Below, in pieces: positions 12,401 to 25,187 of a DNA stretch of 64,000 nucleotides. Under the pieces are notes generated by a model that did no database searches, had not been told where the DNA came from, and saw only the letters and a list, made by a program, of their open reading frames with translations. Position numbers and translations under genes: made by a program. How positions within the stretch are numbered: position 1 is the first letter of the stretch; each line of letters opens with the position of its first letter. The DNA is from Amoebophrya sp. A120 (taxonomy: Eukaryota > Protista > Dinoflagellata). The stretch lies in assembly GCA_905178155.1 (NCBI GenBank), contig CAJINV010000012.1, forward strand, positions 2,134,166 to 2,198,165. The letters run 5' to 3'.

Positions 12401-12730
12401 CATGGGACCCCCTCCATTCGATGTAGTCCCACAGAAGCTGCTGCCATGTGATCCTTTATTTCCATTGGAGGTCGTCGTCGTGGTCTTTCCGTTATTGTTG
12501 TTGACACTGGTGCTCAAAGCACTGTGGTAGCTGTTGGTAGAAAAGCTGGCGTTTAGAGAGGGAATGGAAGAATGGTTGTTTAACGCAGCCGGATTGGAGG
12601 AGTCGTTTGCCCAAGATGGTGCTCCTGGACCTGGTGTAGTCAAGAACGTCGAAGGCAGCTTGTGATTGCATTCGTCCGTCGTGTCAGCACATAGTGCCCA
12701 TACTGGTACTACCACAGAACCATGAGTCAT
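9413..12730 (-). CDS. ERI1/ERI3-family DEDDh 3'-5' exoribonuclease with long low-complexity G/N/Y/S N-terminus
   Basis: Spliced motifs YAILDFEATC..EVIEFP, FVKP..NPKL..FC..LTGITQEEVD, TCGDWD, GRHHSGLDDSRNIAKI. GT-AG introns 11068-11255, 10385-10546, 9818-10023; introners at 10761, 10138, 9521; stop at 9413. Confidence 0.9.
9521..9731. mobile_element. Introner family B
   Basis: TIRs; DR TTCCT; splits conserved DDSRN-IAKI. Confidence 0.9.
10138..10324. mobile_element. Introner singleton family K
   Basis: TAT...ATA, imperfect TIR containing GCAGGGCA; DR CAGAG; frame LKLC-GLP restored. Confidence 0.8.
10761..10997. mobile_element. Introner family E
   Basis: TIRs; DR GACTT/GACCT; splits EPEV-IEFP. 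Confidence 0.9.
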
Positions 12731-13012
12731 GAGTGTTTAAATAACAACTTCATTCAACTACTTCAATTCTAGCTTGTTGATGTCCTGCATTTCCGAAAAA
12801 AGAGTACCCGCATGCTCTCCACCATTTGTTCCGGTCTCAATCAAAGTCCCTGCCCACGGGTCGCACTCCAGCTGGTGGTTTCGAGTGACGTTACTTGCCG
12901 GCGCTGATATGTGTTCAGTTTGCACTGATAATTGTCTTATTTCAAAAGCATAGCTGTAGAGCGCCATCCTATAGATACTGTGTGTTCGACTTCGATCTGT
13001 CTTGCGGCCAGC

Positions 13013-13860
13013 TCATGAAAAATGAAACCCACATATCAATGTGTTGTGAAAATTATCATTACCGACCCTGCGATGAATACCTCCCGCTCCCTCCAGTTGC
13101 TGCAAAAAGGGCGCAATGTCGGCCTGCAACTTCGCAAAGGTGTCGTCTACTTGTTCCACTTCTCCGAGATGAACACTGCGCAATTCCTGATCCCCCTCCT
13201 CCGACCTGCTACCCTGCGATAAACCGACGTAGGACGAGCATCCTGTCTGATCCATCGTGGTGGTGGAATCGAAGCTGCCACACCGGGTTGCGCGGAAGTT
13301 ATGCATTGCAAAAGTATCGCACTACAACTTAGTATAAATCGCATGACAAATGTTGCCAAGAGCAAAAATCTAATTTGTCATTGTCATGCTCAGAAAGCTA
13401 AACACAGATATCTGTGACGCATGAACGCAATTAGTACGAGTACAACGCTTTTGCAAAGGATACGAGTAGGATGAGGAGGATTTCTTCGAAAACCGCGGAT
13501 GGTGTTCGTCGTGGGACGTAGAAGAGTATGCAATGTAAATTCCCCGTACATGTACAAAATGCATGACAAATTTCGCTAATTTGCAGTGTGCAACTTGTCA
13601 TGCTAGACTAGGATTGAAGGCAGGTTTTGTCATGCAGAGACTGCATTTGCACGTGTAAGGGAAATTTACTGTGGATAAAGAGTCGTGGACGACGCCTCTA
13701 GAACAAGACGAGTTCAGTACGAAGTTGCTGCCGGGAGAGGTGGTTTCGCCGGATAAAGCGTGCATTTTGGTGAAAGCTCCGTGCGATGCTGTAGCAGCTC
13801 CGAGAATCGGGGCTACCACAATCTTGCGCCACTCAGGAGCTTGCTGTGCTGTTAGTTTGG
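13013..13860 (-). CDS. Hypothetical protein (ends uncertain)
   Basis: Three exon segments join in frame after removing introners at 13527 and 13300; no recognisable domain. Confidence 0.45.
13300..13462. mobile_element. Introner family D
   Basis: TIRs; DR GAAGT/CGAGT (3/5). Confidence 0.8.
13527..13677. mobile_element. Introner family F (TIR core GTAAATTYCC)
   Basis: TIRs; DR AAGAG; internal CATGCTAGACTAGGATTGAAGGC shared with 28319 and closely similar at 37369. Confidence 0.9.
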
Positions 13861-14299
13861 CTAGCTAGGCATTCGATAAAAGTCTCTTGATCGTGATGTG
13901 GCAGTAGATATTACGAGCGTTGGTTGTTGTGGGCAAAATCCAATCTTACAAATACAAGCCCACGGCGTATTCGCATAATCTTAAATCTGCGTGATGGTGC
14001 TGAGGTTAAGACAGGCCCGAAAGCATGGGCGTCTTCACGCGAGAGTTTCTGCCCTCCCTGCCTTTCTTGGGCAGACGAGTGGCCGCATAGATTATCGAAG
14101 CGCTGAAGCGAACATGACTGCAGCCACGTGGCTAAGCATAAGCAAATAGATACCCACGAAGATTGGTCAATCATGGGGCTAAAAAGGCTGCGCGCCTGTG
14201 AACGCACACTCGTCACAACTGCGATTGCTAGTTGGTTGCTGACAATCGGACAACAAACTACTTGCCACACTGAAATTAAGGCGACACCTGCTCGGGCGC

Positions 14300-16870
14300 T
14301 TTCTTCCTTTGGCGCCAAGGATGCATGACGCCTGCGCAGAGGAATTCCGCTGCAGCCCCCCCTGGTCAGGCCCGACGCACACAACAAACACGCAGGCGGG
14401 CAGGCATGTGGCGCATGCGCTGCAGGGGAGATGCCGGGCGGCCGGCCCAACGTGCGGAAGACGGGCGCCCACGCGGGAGTGCAAACACTAGAAAAAACCA
14501 GGCCGGACCAGCGCCACGCACTCACAGAACACACGGACGGCGACACCAGGCCACCAAGCAACCGAAGCCCCGCGGGACGGCGGGCCCCGCCCCCGCCCAA
14601 GGAAGCAAGGGACTGCACTCGCGCCGCGCTGCGCAGGGTTGGGCCCCCGAGAGCCACAACAAGCGCGGGGGGGCCGGCCCGGGGCCAAGGGCTGGCTGCG
14701 CAAGTAGGCTAGCGGCGCGACGCCTACCGCCGCGGCCGCCTGCCGCGCCGGCCTGTGGGCGCCTCGCACTTACTAAGCCGCCCGGCGGCGGGTACCAAGA
14801 CAGAGCACGGGAGGAAGGGCGGCGCAATGCGGGCCGACCGGCCGAAATCGACACCCGGGCCGAGTCCAGCACCTTGTTGGTCTTGTCCTGCGTTTCCACG
14901 CCCCAACCGTGCGCACCGGGTTGCGCCCATCATGTTGAACGCCGAGCCCGGCCGGGCCCGTCGCCAGTTGCAGATGGCGCGGGCGCAGCGCCCGCGAGGC
15001 TACAACTGCCGCCGATGCCGCTAGCGGCCGCCGCCCCCCCGCCCCCGCGGGCGGGCCGGGGGGGGTGGCCGACGTGCAAATATCCCGACCCGCCGCCCTG
15101 CTTCCAAAAACGGCCCGCATGGCGCTGAATTGAAGCGGCTTCGGCTCCTTGCGGTTCGGCTTGTGAAAGCCGGCCCGGCATTCAAAACCTAAGCACAAGG
15201 ATGGGCGGGGCGCGGCTCTCGCCAAGGCCTCCGGAAATGTTCCCGGGCTTCCTGTGGCCATCGCCGCGGTTTTTTGAGCACTCAGACCTCCAAAAAGCCA
15301 AATCACCACGGGGCTTTTTTGGGCCACTGGGCGTCTCTCTCTATCGTTGCGGAAGCTCTTCCGCCACATACGGAGGGCGCGGGCGTCCTCATGTTGCTCC
15401 CCCCCCCCCCGCGGGCGCAACACGTCGCCACCAAGTCACACGCGCCACGCCGGCCGCCCCTTGTCGCCAGTTCTGGGCCCATGGATGGCTCCAGACCCCC
15501 CCGCCCCCGCCCCATCTTCTAGCGAGCCCGGCCCGGCGCGCTGTTCGCCGGATTTTGCCCCTAACGCTTTTGGGGCGAAAAATCCATTTTTTTTCTGCAA
15601 TTTTTTAAAATTTTCAAGAAGGGTGGCGGGGTGGCCCTTGGGCCGGGGGCGAGTTGGGAACCATCCTGCAGGCTGCACAAGAAGGGTGGCGGGATGTGGG
15701 TCGTTGCCTTCGGTGCTTCACAATGGGGCGAAACAACACACAAAGCCGCCACGCCGCGCGGGCTCGATATGCCTCAGGAGCGCTCGGGAGGCGGCGCGCA
15801 GGCATGATGGGCGCGGCTGCTCGACAACGCGGGCGCTCGATGCGTTCAAATTGAAATGAAGAACTTCGCTCGCATGTGGCCAAGAAAAATTTCAAAAAAA
15901 TTTCGATTTGCCCAAAAAAAGTTTCGATTTGGCCCGATAAAATTTCAAGAGGCGCCAAAAAAGGCCAAAAAAAATTTCGGAAAATGGGCCACATTAGCAA
16001 AATCCCATTGGTTTTTGCAAATTGGCCACTTTCTAGAATTTTTTTCAAATTTTTTTTGCGCGCCTCTTGATTTTCCTCGGATTTTTTTCAAATTTTTTCT
16101 GAATTTTTTCCTGGCCAAACCCGAGGAGAGGTCTGCTGTGGCGGAAATGCGCCACAAGGAAAACTCTACTCCCCGGAAGACGAAGGCGCAACCCTACACG
16201 GATTCGCCCCTCTGGGTTCTCATCACCAGGAGCGGAGGCCAAGAGATGCGGACCACCCAAGCGGGCAAGTGTGCGACACCTGCGCCGGGCCCTCCTCTGA
16301 CAAACAGGACCGAGAACAGACTCGGCAACTGCCTCACATAGGCCAGACCGTCGGGGAAGCAAAAAACTTCAAAAAATTTTTTTTGGCTTTTTTTTGGATT
16401 TTGTTTTTGCGCTATGTGGATTTTTTGAAATTTTTTCCGTTAGGGTGGAAATCCTGCGAAGCGCTGCCAGCCCGGGCCCTGGCTCGGCGACCGGGCCGCG
16501 ATCAGTTTGGCGCGCATGGAATCCCCTCCGTCTGCAGGCGCGGCGCCGCATGCGCGCCTGGTGGCCCGGCTTCAGCGGGGCTCCCAGCCTGTGCACCGAC
16601 TCGCTGCCCCTCCCAATGTCATAAATCTGCTGCCGGGTGCTGGACTTTGCCGGGACGCATCTCGCCCCGGGTAGCGGCTTGCGCGCGGCCATAAGACGCC
16701 GGGCAGACCGCTGGGCGGGGGGGCCCCAGAATGAAAGGCGCAGGGCTTCAGGCGTCCCCCCTTTTCATCCTCGGCCCCACCCGGCAGATTCTAGGCGGCC
16801 TTTTTGGTTTTTGATTTCGTTACAGGTCCAACCTCCCCCGGGGAGCAGTCTCTAGCTGCGAGCCGCCCCC
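14300..16870. other. GC-rich intergenic island with A/T-tract core (about 15560-16450)
   Basis: Abrupt compositional shift, G/C runs, no credible coding frame, no introners. Confidence 0.6.
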
Positions 16871-17583
16871 CTGGGCTGGCGGCCGACTTCTGGTAGTCGA
16901 CTTCCGGCAGAAATAGAGCCGACTTCCTCAATGGCAACAATCACCACAAAGGATCCGCCGAAAGATGAAAACGAACACGCGTGCAAGCCCTTGCTTGTAG
17001 TTTCCTTCAATCATGATGTGGCTCTGTCCGAAGGGTACAGCGTCCGGCGTGCCGTTTGTTTTCTTCATTAACCCTCGACGTTGCTTCATTTTCAATTTCA
17101 TCAGACAGGAGCAATAATATTCGTGCGCCATGTCATTCTCAGTAGCGTTTCCTATCATTCGACGCGGTAAGTAGCCCTGAACTCAACAGGACAAGAAGCT
17201 AAATATCTTTTCTTTGTCCAAACACAAAGGTGCCTATTTGGCCGACACTGAAGACCCTCGAAAAGAGCGGCGTCTTTCAATCTATCTTCGCAAAAACCTT
17301 CTGCAACCACTCAGGAGAAAATTCTTCATAACCGCCTCTGCAGGTGCTGTTCTGTAGTCCTTGTCTTGCTTGGTCATATCGTTATCGTCGGCGTTGAACA
17401 AGTTCCCATGAAGTCATAATCCCCACCGTTCTATTTCTTAGAGTTGAGTGCTGACTTGTCCTTATGATTGTGAAATAGGCTGATGAGTTGGTTGGTTCTT
17501 GTTTCGATATTCCTCTTCCACCTCCTACGTGTATGATCTTCATCCATGAAATTCCGTTCCCGCTATACAAACCATCTTTCTGC

Positions 17584-18246
17584 TCAGTTGTAGCTGGTGT
17601 GGTAGTCCGGCGCGAGAATTCCGTGCACGCCCAGGTAGTTCAAAAACGACAGCTCCGCTTCTTCGAACGCTTCCTCGACGAAGATTTGCAACGAGGAGCA
17701 CCGCTGGAACTTCGGTCCGGCTAACTGCAGCTTCAAAACGTCCCGGCAAGTCCCCTCATTTTTCTCCTTCGACCCCGTAATTTCGCTGGTGAAGTCGTGC
17801 TGCAAAACCGCCTTGTAGTCCTCTATGTCGGAGAAGTCCAAGTCCGGCTGGTTGGTGAAAATCCGGATTTTTGCGGGCGGCTCACAAGATGTCTCCTCGC
17901 CGTCAACATCCTCCGGCTTTTCGTCCACCCGGAAATGGAGTTGCGTCAAATTCACCTTCTCCTGGAAGAAAATCTTTATTAGCAGCTGCGCGTCGGCGTC
18001 GGAGACGAGTTTTGTTGATTCGTCCTGGGGTATGAACAGCTTGTTGATGTTCTCGTTTTTGATGTACTTTTGATCCGAGTTCAGGCAAATGGTCTGTCTG
18101 AAATCGAACATCCGCTTCCCGGAGAGCTCCTCCGCACCTAACTCCACCTCGATGATTTTGGTGTTGTCTTTCTGCTGCCCCAATTTCTTCAGCTGGTGGT
18201 GCATCATCGTGTCGGTGTTACCCGACTCCTTGTTTACCTTCGCCAT
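17584..18246 (-). CDS. PITH-domain protein (PITHD1/TXNL1-C-like), intronless
   Basis: CLN...LVSDADAQLLIKIFFQEKVNL...PPAKIRIFTNQPDLDFSD...KFQRCSSLQIFVE matches the PITH pattern. Confidence 0.85.
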   Translation of the reverse strand: MAKVNKESGNTDTMMHHQLKKLGQQKDNTKIIEVELGAEELSGKRMFDFRQTICLNSDQKYIKNENINKLFIPQDESTKLVSDADAQLLIKIFFQEKVNLTQLHFRVDEKPEDVDGEETSCEPPAKIRIFTNQPDLDFSDIEDYKAVLQHDFTSEITGSKEKNEGTCRDVLKLQLAGPKFQRCSSLQIFVEEAFEEAELSFLNYLGVHGILAPDYHTSYN

Positions 18247-19191
18247 CTTTTTCTTTTGGAAGTTGAAGTTGTATGTAGGGGGTCTACTTTTGCTGAAGAT
18301 GAGGGGTAAAGCTAAAGAGAAGGGATGCGGATGGCTATTGACCACGACGCTTGTTCTTGTCTTGTCCACCTAATATGGTCTTCTACGTAGAAGTGACACT
18401 ACTTGATATGAATGGTAGCCAGGAACAAGCCGAGTATGAAATTAATAAACCTCCACCACCACGTGCTCCTGGTGGTGACCGTTTCTCTTTCTTTTTGTTT
18501 TTACGTTGTAGATTTGCTCATGTTTTGTTCACAGTCGCTGTGATGAAAAGACGGACGAAGGAGGTCAGGGAAAACTTGAAGGCCAGGCGCAGGAACGGAA
18601 ATCCAAGTTGAACTTTGAAGTAGAAATGCAACCCCGTAGAAAATTTTTCGCTACATACTAGCTCCTCACACAGATCCAGTTTATCGTGTCGTTGCTGTGG
18701 CAAGATTGTGATTGAGAATTTTTCGCGCACGGTCTGCTTCTGAACATCATACTTTGGATTGGTGTGGTATCACATCAGCGTCACGTGATCACTAACGCTA
18801 GTGCTACACCAGGCAGCGCGGCAACTTGGCACTGGTCTAGTGAGGTACGAGTTTGAAAAAGACCAGCCGAATCGAAGTCGACTCTTCAATTTAGTAACGA
18901 TGTCCGATCTGCTCCAAAGAAGGGGTCAGACGCAAAATTTAATACGCTCCTGGCGCTGGCAAGAAACCAAGTCCAAACGGACTTCAAGGAAGAATAAGAC
19001 TTCGAGTCTTATTTCTCAATGCTGATTGAACCATGAAGAAACTCGGTCCACATTATTCAAAGTCACAGTTTTTCTCTGGTGGTGAGAATCTTCCATGTGA
19101 AGCGAAGCACCTCGCTCTTTCGTGCAGCAGCACGAATGTCGGCGGAAAATTGAGATTGAGACTCAGATTCACTGTTGGCTAATATGGTTTA

Positions 19192-22100
19192 TTACTTTGT
19201 TACATTTCTTACACTGTTCGTGGTTCTTTCTCCCACGATGGGAACACCAGCTGCAACAGGCACTGACGATCCTGCTCCATTCTCAGGTGGTGTTGCAGCT
19301 CCTGGTCCTGATGCTGGCCCGTCCCCGTTATAGGAAAAGTTGTACTTCTCCGCGAAGAAGTACTGAAATAAGTTCCGCTTTCCGTACTCCACCACATCGA
19401 CCCCGATATCAAATGCAAATATGTCTGGGGCTGGAAAATTGTAATGCTAAAAGTGAATAATAGGCGCACTGCAGTACGCACCTATGTATGCATGGCAAAT
19501 TTCGTGGCTGCCATGTCTTACGTATTCCGCATGGCAAACTACGTTTTTGCATGACAGGTAAGAGGGCCTTTTCGTGCCTATGCAATACAGATTCTCGAGT
19601 CATGCCAGACAAGCATGACAAACTTGGATTCTTCCAGACCACCCAGACATTTTTGCATTTGATACCCAAATCCAGACTGCAAAACGATCACAGTCAACAA
19701 CACCATCGAAATTACGAACCAGAAATTTGTTGCAGTAGTTGCACCAGCAGCTCTTGTCGAAGTAGTGGATGCCTTGTAGTTGGATTGGTTCACGCTGCTT
19801 CTCGCACCACCACCAGCACGATTACTACGATCTCCTCGTGGGTGCAGGTACAGTCCGTGTTTCATTCCTCCTCCATAAAGATTTGGATTTTCTACTTCCT
19901 CGTCATCTTCCGAGGAACTGATCCGCCCACGGCTCCCAAAATTCTTCGAACTGGATATGACAGCGCAAAACCCCCCTCCCCCTCATTAGGATTGCATGAA
20001 CAGCAATACAAACGTGAGCGACCCAAGAGCTTGTGCATGACAAATTCATGTAGATGTACCTACTGTAGTAATGCGTGGGCTTTTGAAATTTGTCATGCAA
20101 ACAGTGCCACAGGGTAGTGACTGGATTAGGATTTGGGATTTTGCATGAAAAATGAGGTGGATTGGGGAGTGATGTACTGCCATACTGGAGCTCAGCGTGC
20201 TACTGTTGCTACTCGAAATCCGGGGGCGCCGCTGTGCGGAGCTGCCTACTTGATGTTCTTGTGCCGGCATGATAACTTCAGTTCCCCGCTTCCTGCAGCG
20301 ACTGGAGGAGGGGGGAGCTGCGACCACTTTCCCATCCTCAGTGTCTAGTGGAGAGGAGCTTTGACTCGGTGTAGCCGGGCTGGATTGCATGGAGTGAGCC
20401 TCCTGCTGCGCTTGATTATGGTTGTTTTGTAGAGTCTGCTCGTTCTGTCTCGAAGCCGACGCTTGTCTCGCCCTTTCTTCCATGTACTTGATCATGTGCC
20501 GCGGGTCATTTTCGTACTCCGAAGTGTCCTCTTGAAGATGATGTTGCCCACCTCCCCCTCGCGCAGAGCTTATTTGCGCTTGTCTTGATGTTGCATTCTG
20601 AACTTGTTGCTGCTGTTCAACAAGAAGTCCAGAATGTTGTTCCCTCGCGGCCCCCTGCAGGTTGTAAAAATTCCTCCTCTGCTCCAGCCTGGCGAAGTGG
20701 CTCAGCCGGAGTTGGCTCGCGCGCTGCGCGTCCCGGCGGAGAAAGAAGATCGACGCTACAATCTGCGTGAGCTATGCATGATGCAAAAGAATCTTCGCAC
20801 TCGTACAAATTGCGGCCATGCAAGACAAATCCCTTTCCGAACCTAAAACAGCAGTACAAATTCCACTTTCTTTTTTGCCGAAATTTGCGATGCTGCTTAT
20901 ACTAGTACGATGATTTTCCAATGCATATGATCCACTGGGTAGCGTTTTGGTGGTCCTTGGAAGCTAGACGGAACATGGGCTCGTCGGTTTCGCTATCCTG
21001 TGCAAAAGTATCGTACTCGTATAATTGCAATCATGCATTAATTCTTTTTTCTATGTAAATCCGCAATACAAATTTTATCTCTCATGCTGAGGAAATAATT
21101 TGTCGTGCATTTATACGAGTACGATACTTTTGCAGTTCATATTCGCGATCGATCAACCAGAAGGAGAACCTGGTGATTGGAAGTCTCTGTTTGCCATGCG
21201 TAGTCTGCATCACAGCGCCAAAGTTTCTCATGCGCGTACAGCAGGTGCAGCAGAGTATCATCACTAAAGACAAATTCAAACTTAACCTACCAGTTCTCCC
21301 CTAACGTCGCACCACCAGCCTCCACTTCCCCGTCGCCCCTCAGCGAATTTGTGCTCTTCCTCCGTTTCTGCTCCACTTCTCCGCCGCCACCCCGAACGGA
21401 AATTGAATCGGTTAATGTTTTCGCGCCATTATTCTCCTCCTCCGTCTCGTTTGCCTCAATCACGACGGAGATTTTCAACAAGGACAACGGCTCCGTCATC
21501 TTCCCGCGTTTCCTGTAGGTCAGCAACCCCCTTTCCAGGCTGAAAAACCGGGGGCTCCAGGCCCGCATCAACTTTCCCCGGAGCGCAGAACCGTCCAAGT
21601 GCCACTTGAACAGCTCGCCGGAGATTTTCACCTGCGACAGGTCTTTGATGTGGTCCCACTGGAGTGTTTTCAAATTGATCCACTGGGAAGTAGGCGTAGT
21701 CAAGGTGGACGTCGAGGCGCCTGCGCCATTTTTGTTCGCATTGTTCTTGTTGATGAAATCACTTTCGCGGCGGATGGTGGTGCTTTGTCTTCGACGATTG
21801 GAGGAGGAGGTTGAAGTTCTGGGCGAGGGGTTTTTGTGGTTCGTTTTCGAGGCACCCGCAGCACTCCTATGACTAGTTGATGAGGATGATGAAGACGTCG
21901 ACTCCGTTGGAGAAGGAACCGCTGTGGAGGGGAGAGACGATGATGAGGCGCTGCTAGTACTACTATTCGGTTTTGATGCTGAAGATGGTAGAATTTTTGC
22001 ACTCGTGCCGCTGGCCGGTGCTGTTGGTACTAGTACACTCACGGTGGAGCTGTTTTTCCTGCTGGTGCTGCTGGTTGTGCTAACTGCAGAAGCTGTTCCT

Positions 22101-22964
22101 GCTGTTGTACCGCCACCGACACTCGCAGTAGCAAAGCCCTTTGCTATCTTTCCCATCTCCGCTTCCAGCATCGCCGGGAACCCTCGCACGACCGACGTCT
22201 TTTCGATGAACCAAAGTTGGCACAACGCCTTGACCAGCTTTCTCGACGTCACAGACGGCATCGGCTTGTTGTCCTTTGAAGGTTCAATCGTGTCGCCGTT
22301 CTTCAACCGCAAGGTGAGCCGGGTACCTGGTGATGTCGTAGTCGTTTTATTCGCGGCCGACTTCTACATCTACACTCTGAGTGCGATAATTGCATGAACT
22401 ACACATGCAACAAAAAGTGCTAGAGGTGCTCGCATTCTCGAAGGTACGAGAAGACAAGCTCTACTTGGCAGAAGTTGCATTCCTAGTACCTGTTGAAATC
22501 CCGTCGGTCGGAGCTAAGCTCTCCACCTTCTTGATTTCCTCCTCGTCGCCGACTAACGGGCCTAAATCGTCCTTCAAACTGCTCGACATCATCCCGGAGG
22601 TGATGGGTTTGAGAAACAGCAACTCGCACTGCACGGACATCCCATTCGGAGCTGGTTTTCCGATCGCATCGCAGAAGCGGGCACCCCAAGTTGAGGTGGA
22701 GCCCGTCGCGCCTGAAGATGATGTCGCTGCGGCAACCGCCAGTGGTCCCTTATTGTAGTCCAGGTCGCTCTTCCGGACGTAGCAGGCGAAAGCGTAGATC
22801 TTGAGCTCGATGAAACCGATCTTCTTGAAGCGGCAACCCGCGCCAACACACTCGAGCAGGCTGCCATCCGCGGTGGAGACGGAGTTGCGGTCGAATTCCT
22901 GGCCGGAATGGGCGTCGCGGACCACGGGGGGACGGGATTTGGAGGAGGAGGATGCGGAGGACAT
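19192..22964 (-). CDS. Chalcone-isomerase-fold + PH-domain protein with C-terminal transmembrane helix
   Basis: VGAGCRFKKIGFIELKIYAFACYV ... LVKALCQLWF (CHI-like); WSPRFFSLERGLLTY ... FRLASKDHQNATQWITQI (PH); FWFVISMVLLTVIVL (TM). Joined via 2 GT-AG introns and 4 introners. Confidence 0.75.
19407..19664. mobile_element. Introner family A
   Basis: TIRs; DR CCCGA/CCCAA. Confidence 0.9.
19956..20184. mobile_element. Introner family E
   Basis: Imperfect TIRs; DR CTGGA; interior similar to 10761 copy. Confidence 0.85.
20773..20927. mobile_element. Introner family D (diverged)
   Basis: TAT...ATA; DR TGAGC/TGATC; frame QWI-TQI restored. Confidence 0.8.
20994..21141. mobile_element. Introner family D
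   Basis: TIRs; DR TTCGC. Confidence 0.9.
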
Positions 22965-23399
22965 GTCTACTTGTTCGAAGGTTGATTTTTCATCTTACGG
23001 ACAGAGCAGACAATACAGTAGGCCGACAAATGCAATGCAAGCAACTCGTGGTCGTGGTCCTGGTCGCGCAGCCTATCTATCACGACTGACTTCTACACGC
23101 TCATCTTCATTTCTGCTGACTGAGGACGAAAAACACGCTCCTGTTCGTGCGTCCTGCAAAACATGTGCAGCGCAAGTGGTGATGAGGATATTTTGATTTT
23201 GAAGGAACACAAGGGCGGCGGCGAGCGCATGAGACGACCACCCTCGCGCGCCATCAAATCACTGAATGAACTGAACGCAGGGCGTTAGTCAGCTATCTTT
23301 AGCTCCAATCGCGAACATGCTCGTGCCCAACAAAACATGACAGACACACGAAACTCGAAGGCGCGACGAATAACGTGTGCCACATTGTGCTAATTGCTT

Positions 23400-24760
23400 T
23401 GTTTGCCAGTTCGCTGAACAAGGCCCGACAACATGCTGCTGCACCCGAGAAGCGCGCGCGCGCGGGCGCCCCGCCCTATAACATTCTCTGGGAATGCACC
23501 TGCGCGGCGTCCTTGGTGCTCGGCTGAAAACTTTACGCGGCCGCGCGCGGGCCTACGCCAATGAGGTGCCAGGGCGTTTACCAACCCAAGTAGGCACACG
23601 ACGAAAATAAAAACAAGCGGGGCCGGCGGACCGACGAAACGGGGCGCCGGCCAACCGGGGGCCGCCCGGTGGGGCCCGGCAGGGGCGCGCGGCGACGGGC
23701 CTACGGCGCAGGGTTTGGGGCAGATGAACACAGGGGGGCGCGGCGATCGGTGGACTCAGGAGCATCACTCGGGTGCTGTTCCGAGTACGCATCATGTTCA
23801 CCGAAGTCAGCTCGCGAGTCTTGGTTTTCGGAAGGTGGCCTCCGATGCCGCGCGAGAAGAAATACTGCGGCTCGATATCGAAGACCCGAGACATGGCGAC
23901 GCTCTCGACGACTCCCGTCGGGACAACACCCAGAATCCGTTCGAGCTGCTCCACAGACCCACCATCAAAGATGACGCGCAGGACTGCGCTCAGTCCGACG
24001 ATGTAGTCACAACTGGGCCGGGCCTGCGCCGATGGGCCGCGGGCTCCCGCTGTTCCGCCGCATACCGGGGCCGGGGGGCTCGCAAACAAGGCGCAGCGGG
24101 GGCAACTAATCCGCGCGAGGAGTACCGCGCGCCATCTGGCGCCAGGGCTGCACAGGATGCGACCGCTTCAGGCTCGACTTCGCCCGCCCTGCCCGCTGCC
24201 TCAAGGCTGGCGGATCTCGTTCCGGGCGGGCCAAATCCAGCCCCATCCGACGCCGCCGGGGCCGCTCCGTTGCATGGGGAACTTGGCCGCGCGCGGCCCC
24301 CTCGCGCTGCAGCGCCTAGCCCTCCCACGTCTTTGGCGCTCCCCGGGGCGCGAAAACGAAGCCAGGCCCCAAGCTTGTTGCCGCCCCAATCAGCGAGCGG
24401 GCCGAAAACCAAACCCCCGGCCCAACCGCTGGGCCGCGTTTTCCATTCGCTCGCGCTCCAGGCAATCCCGAGCCAGATACCCCGCAAATAGCTCCCCGCT
24501 TTCGACGTGAAAAATATTCCCCCCCCCCCCGCCCCCGCGCCTCTTCGCCCCAAGATCTTCGCCAAAGTAATAAATCGCAATTGCCCGGCGCGCGATCGTG
24601 GCGCACAGGCCCGCGCCTGCGCCCCCCCCCCCGCCCCGATTCAGGGTTCAGGGGCGCCACAGGGATGGCGCGCATCGCGGAGCGCACCGCATGCGCTGCG
24701 GGCGCAGACGTCGGCGCCGCTGAGGCTGTGCGTGCTAATGCTGCGCAATGGTGACGGTGA
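23400..24760. other. GC-rich intergenic island
   Basis: Very high GC with C/G runs, upstream of the CHI-PH gene start. Confidence 0.55.
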
Positions 24761-25187
24761 CAGGAAATAATGCGCGACGTCGTCAACTGCGGAGACACTA
24801 GGTCTGAGTCCCCTTTGTTCCTGTCAAGCAGCGGAGAACGTGAACACGGCGCCAATGAAAGCGCGCAGATCATTGAAATGCGCTCCAGCACGTGTTGCTG
24901 TCAGCAGAGCCTGCACTATCATGCTCTTCGTGCCTTCATGGGCCATGATGCACTCATCAAAATATTGCAACTGCTGCGACAAAATGTCAGGAAAAAAATG
25001 TAAGCACGACTGTCACTGTGCTTGTGCACCAAAATCGAGACAACTATGCTCTACTTATTGGGTCGACGAGCAAACAGTAAATGACCAACAATTTTTTTTC
25101 TGCACTACTTATTCATCCAGCTTAGTTGCGTCCTCATCTGTCATTATCTCAGCACCCACATACACTCCTCTAACCACACCACCACCA

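Noticed and set aside
14325-16694. Long Arg/Gly/Pro/Ala-rich ORFs in GC islands (also 23715-24891, 30302-31653, 62059-62883)
   Set aside because: They are open in many frames on both strands because stop codons are rare at high GC; no domain signal.
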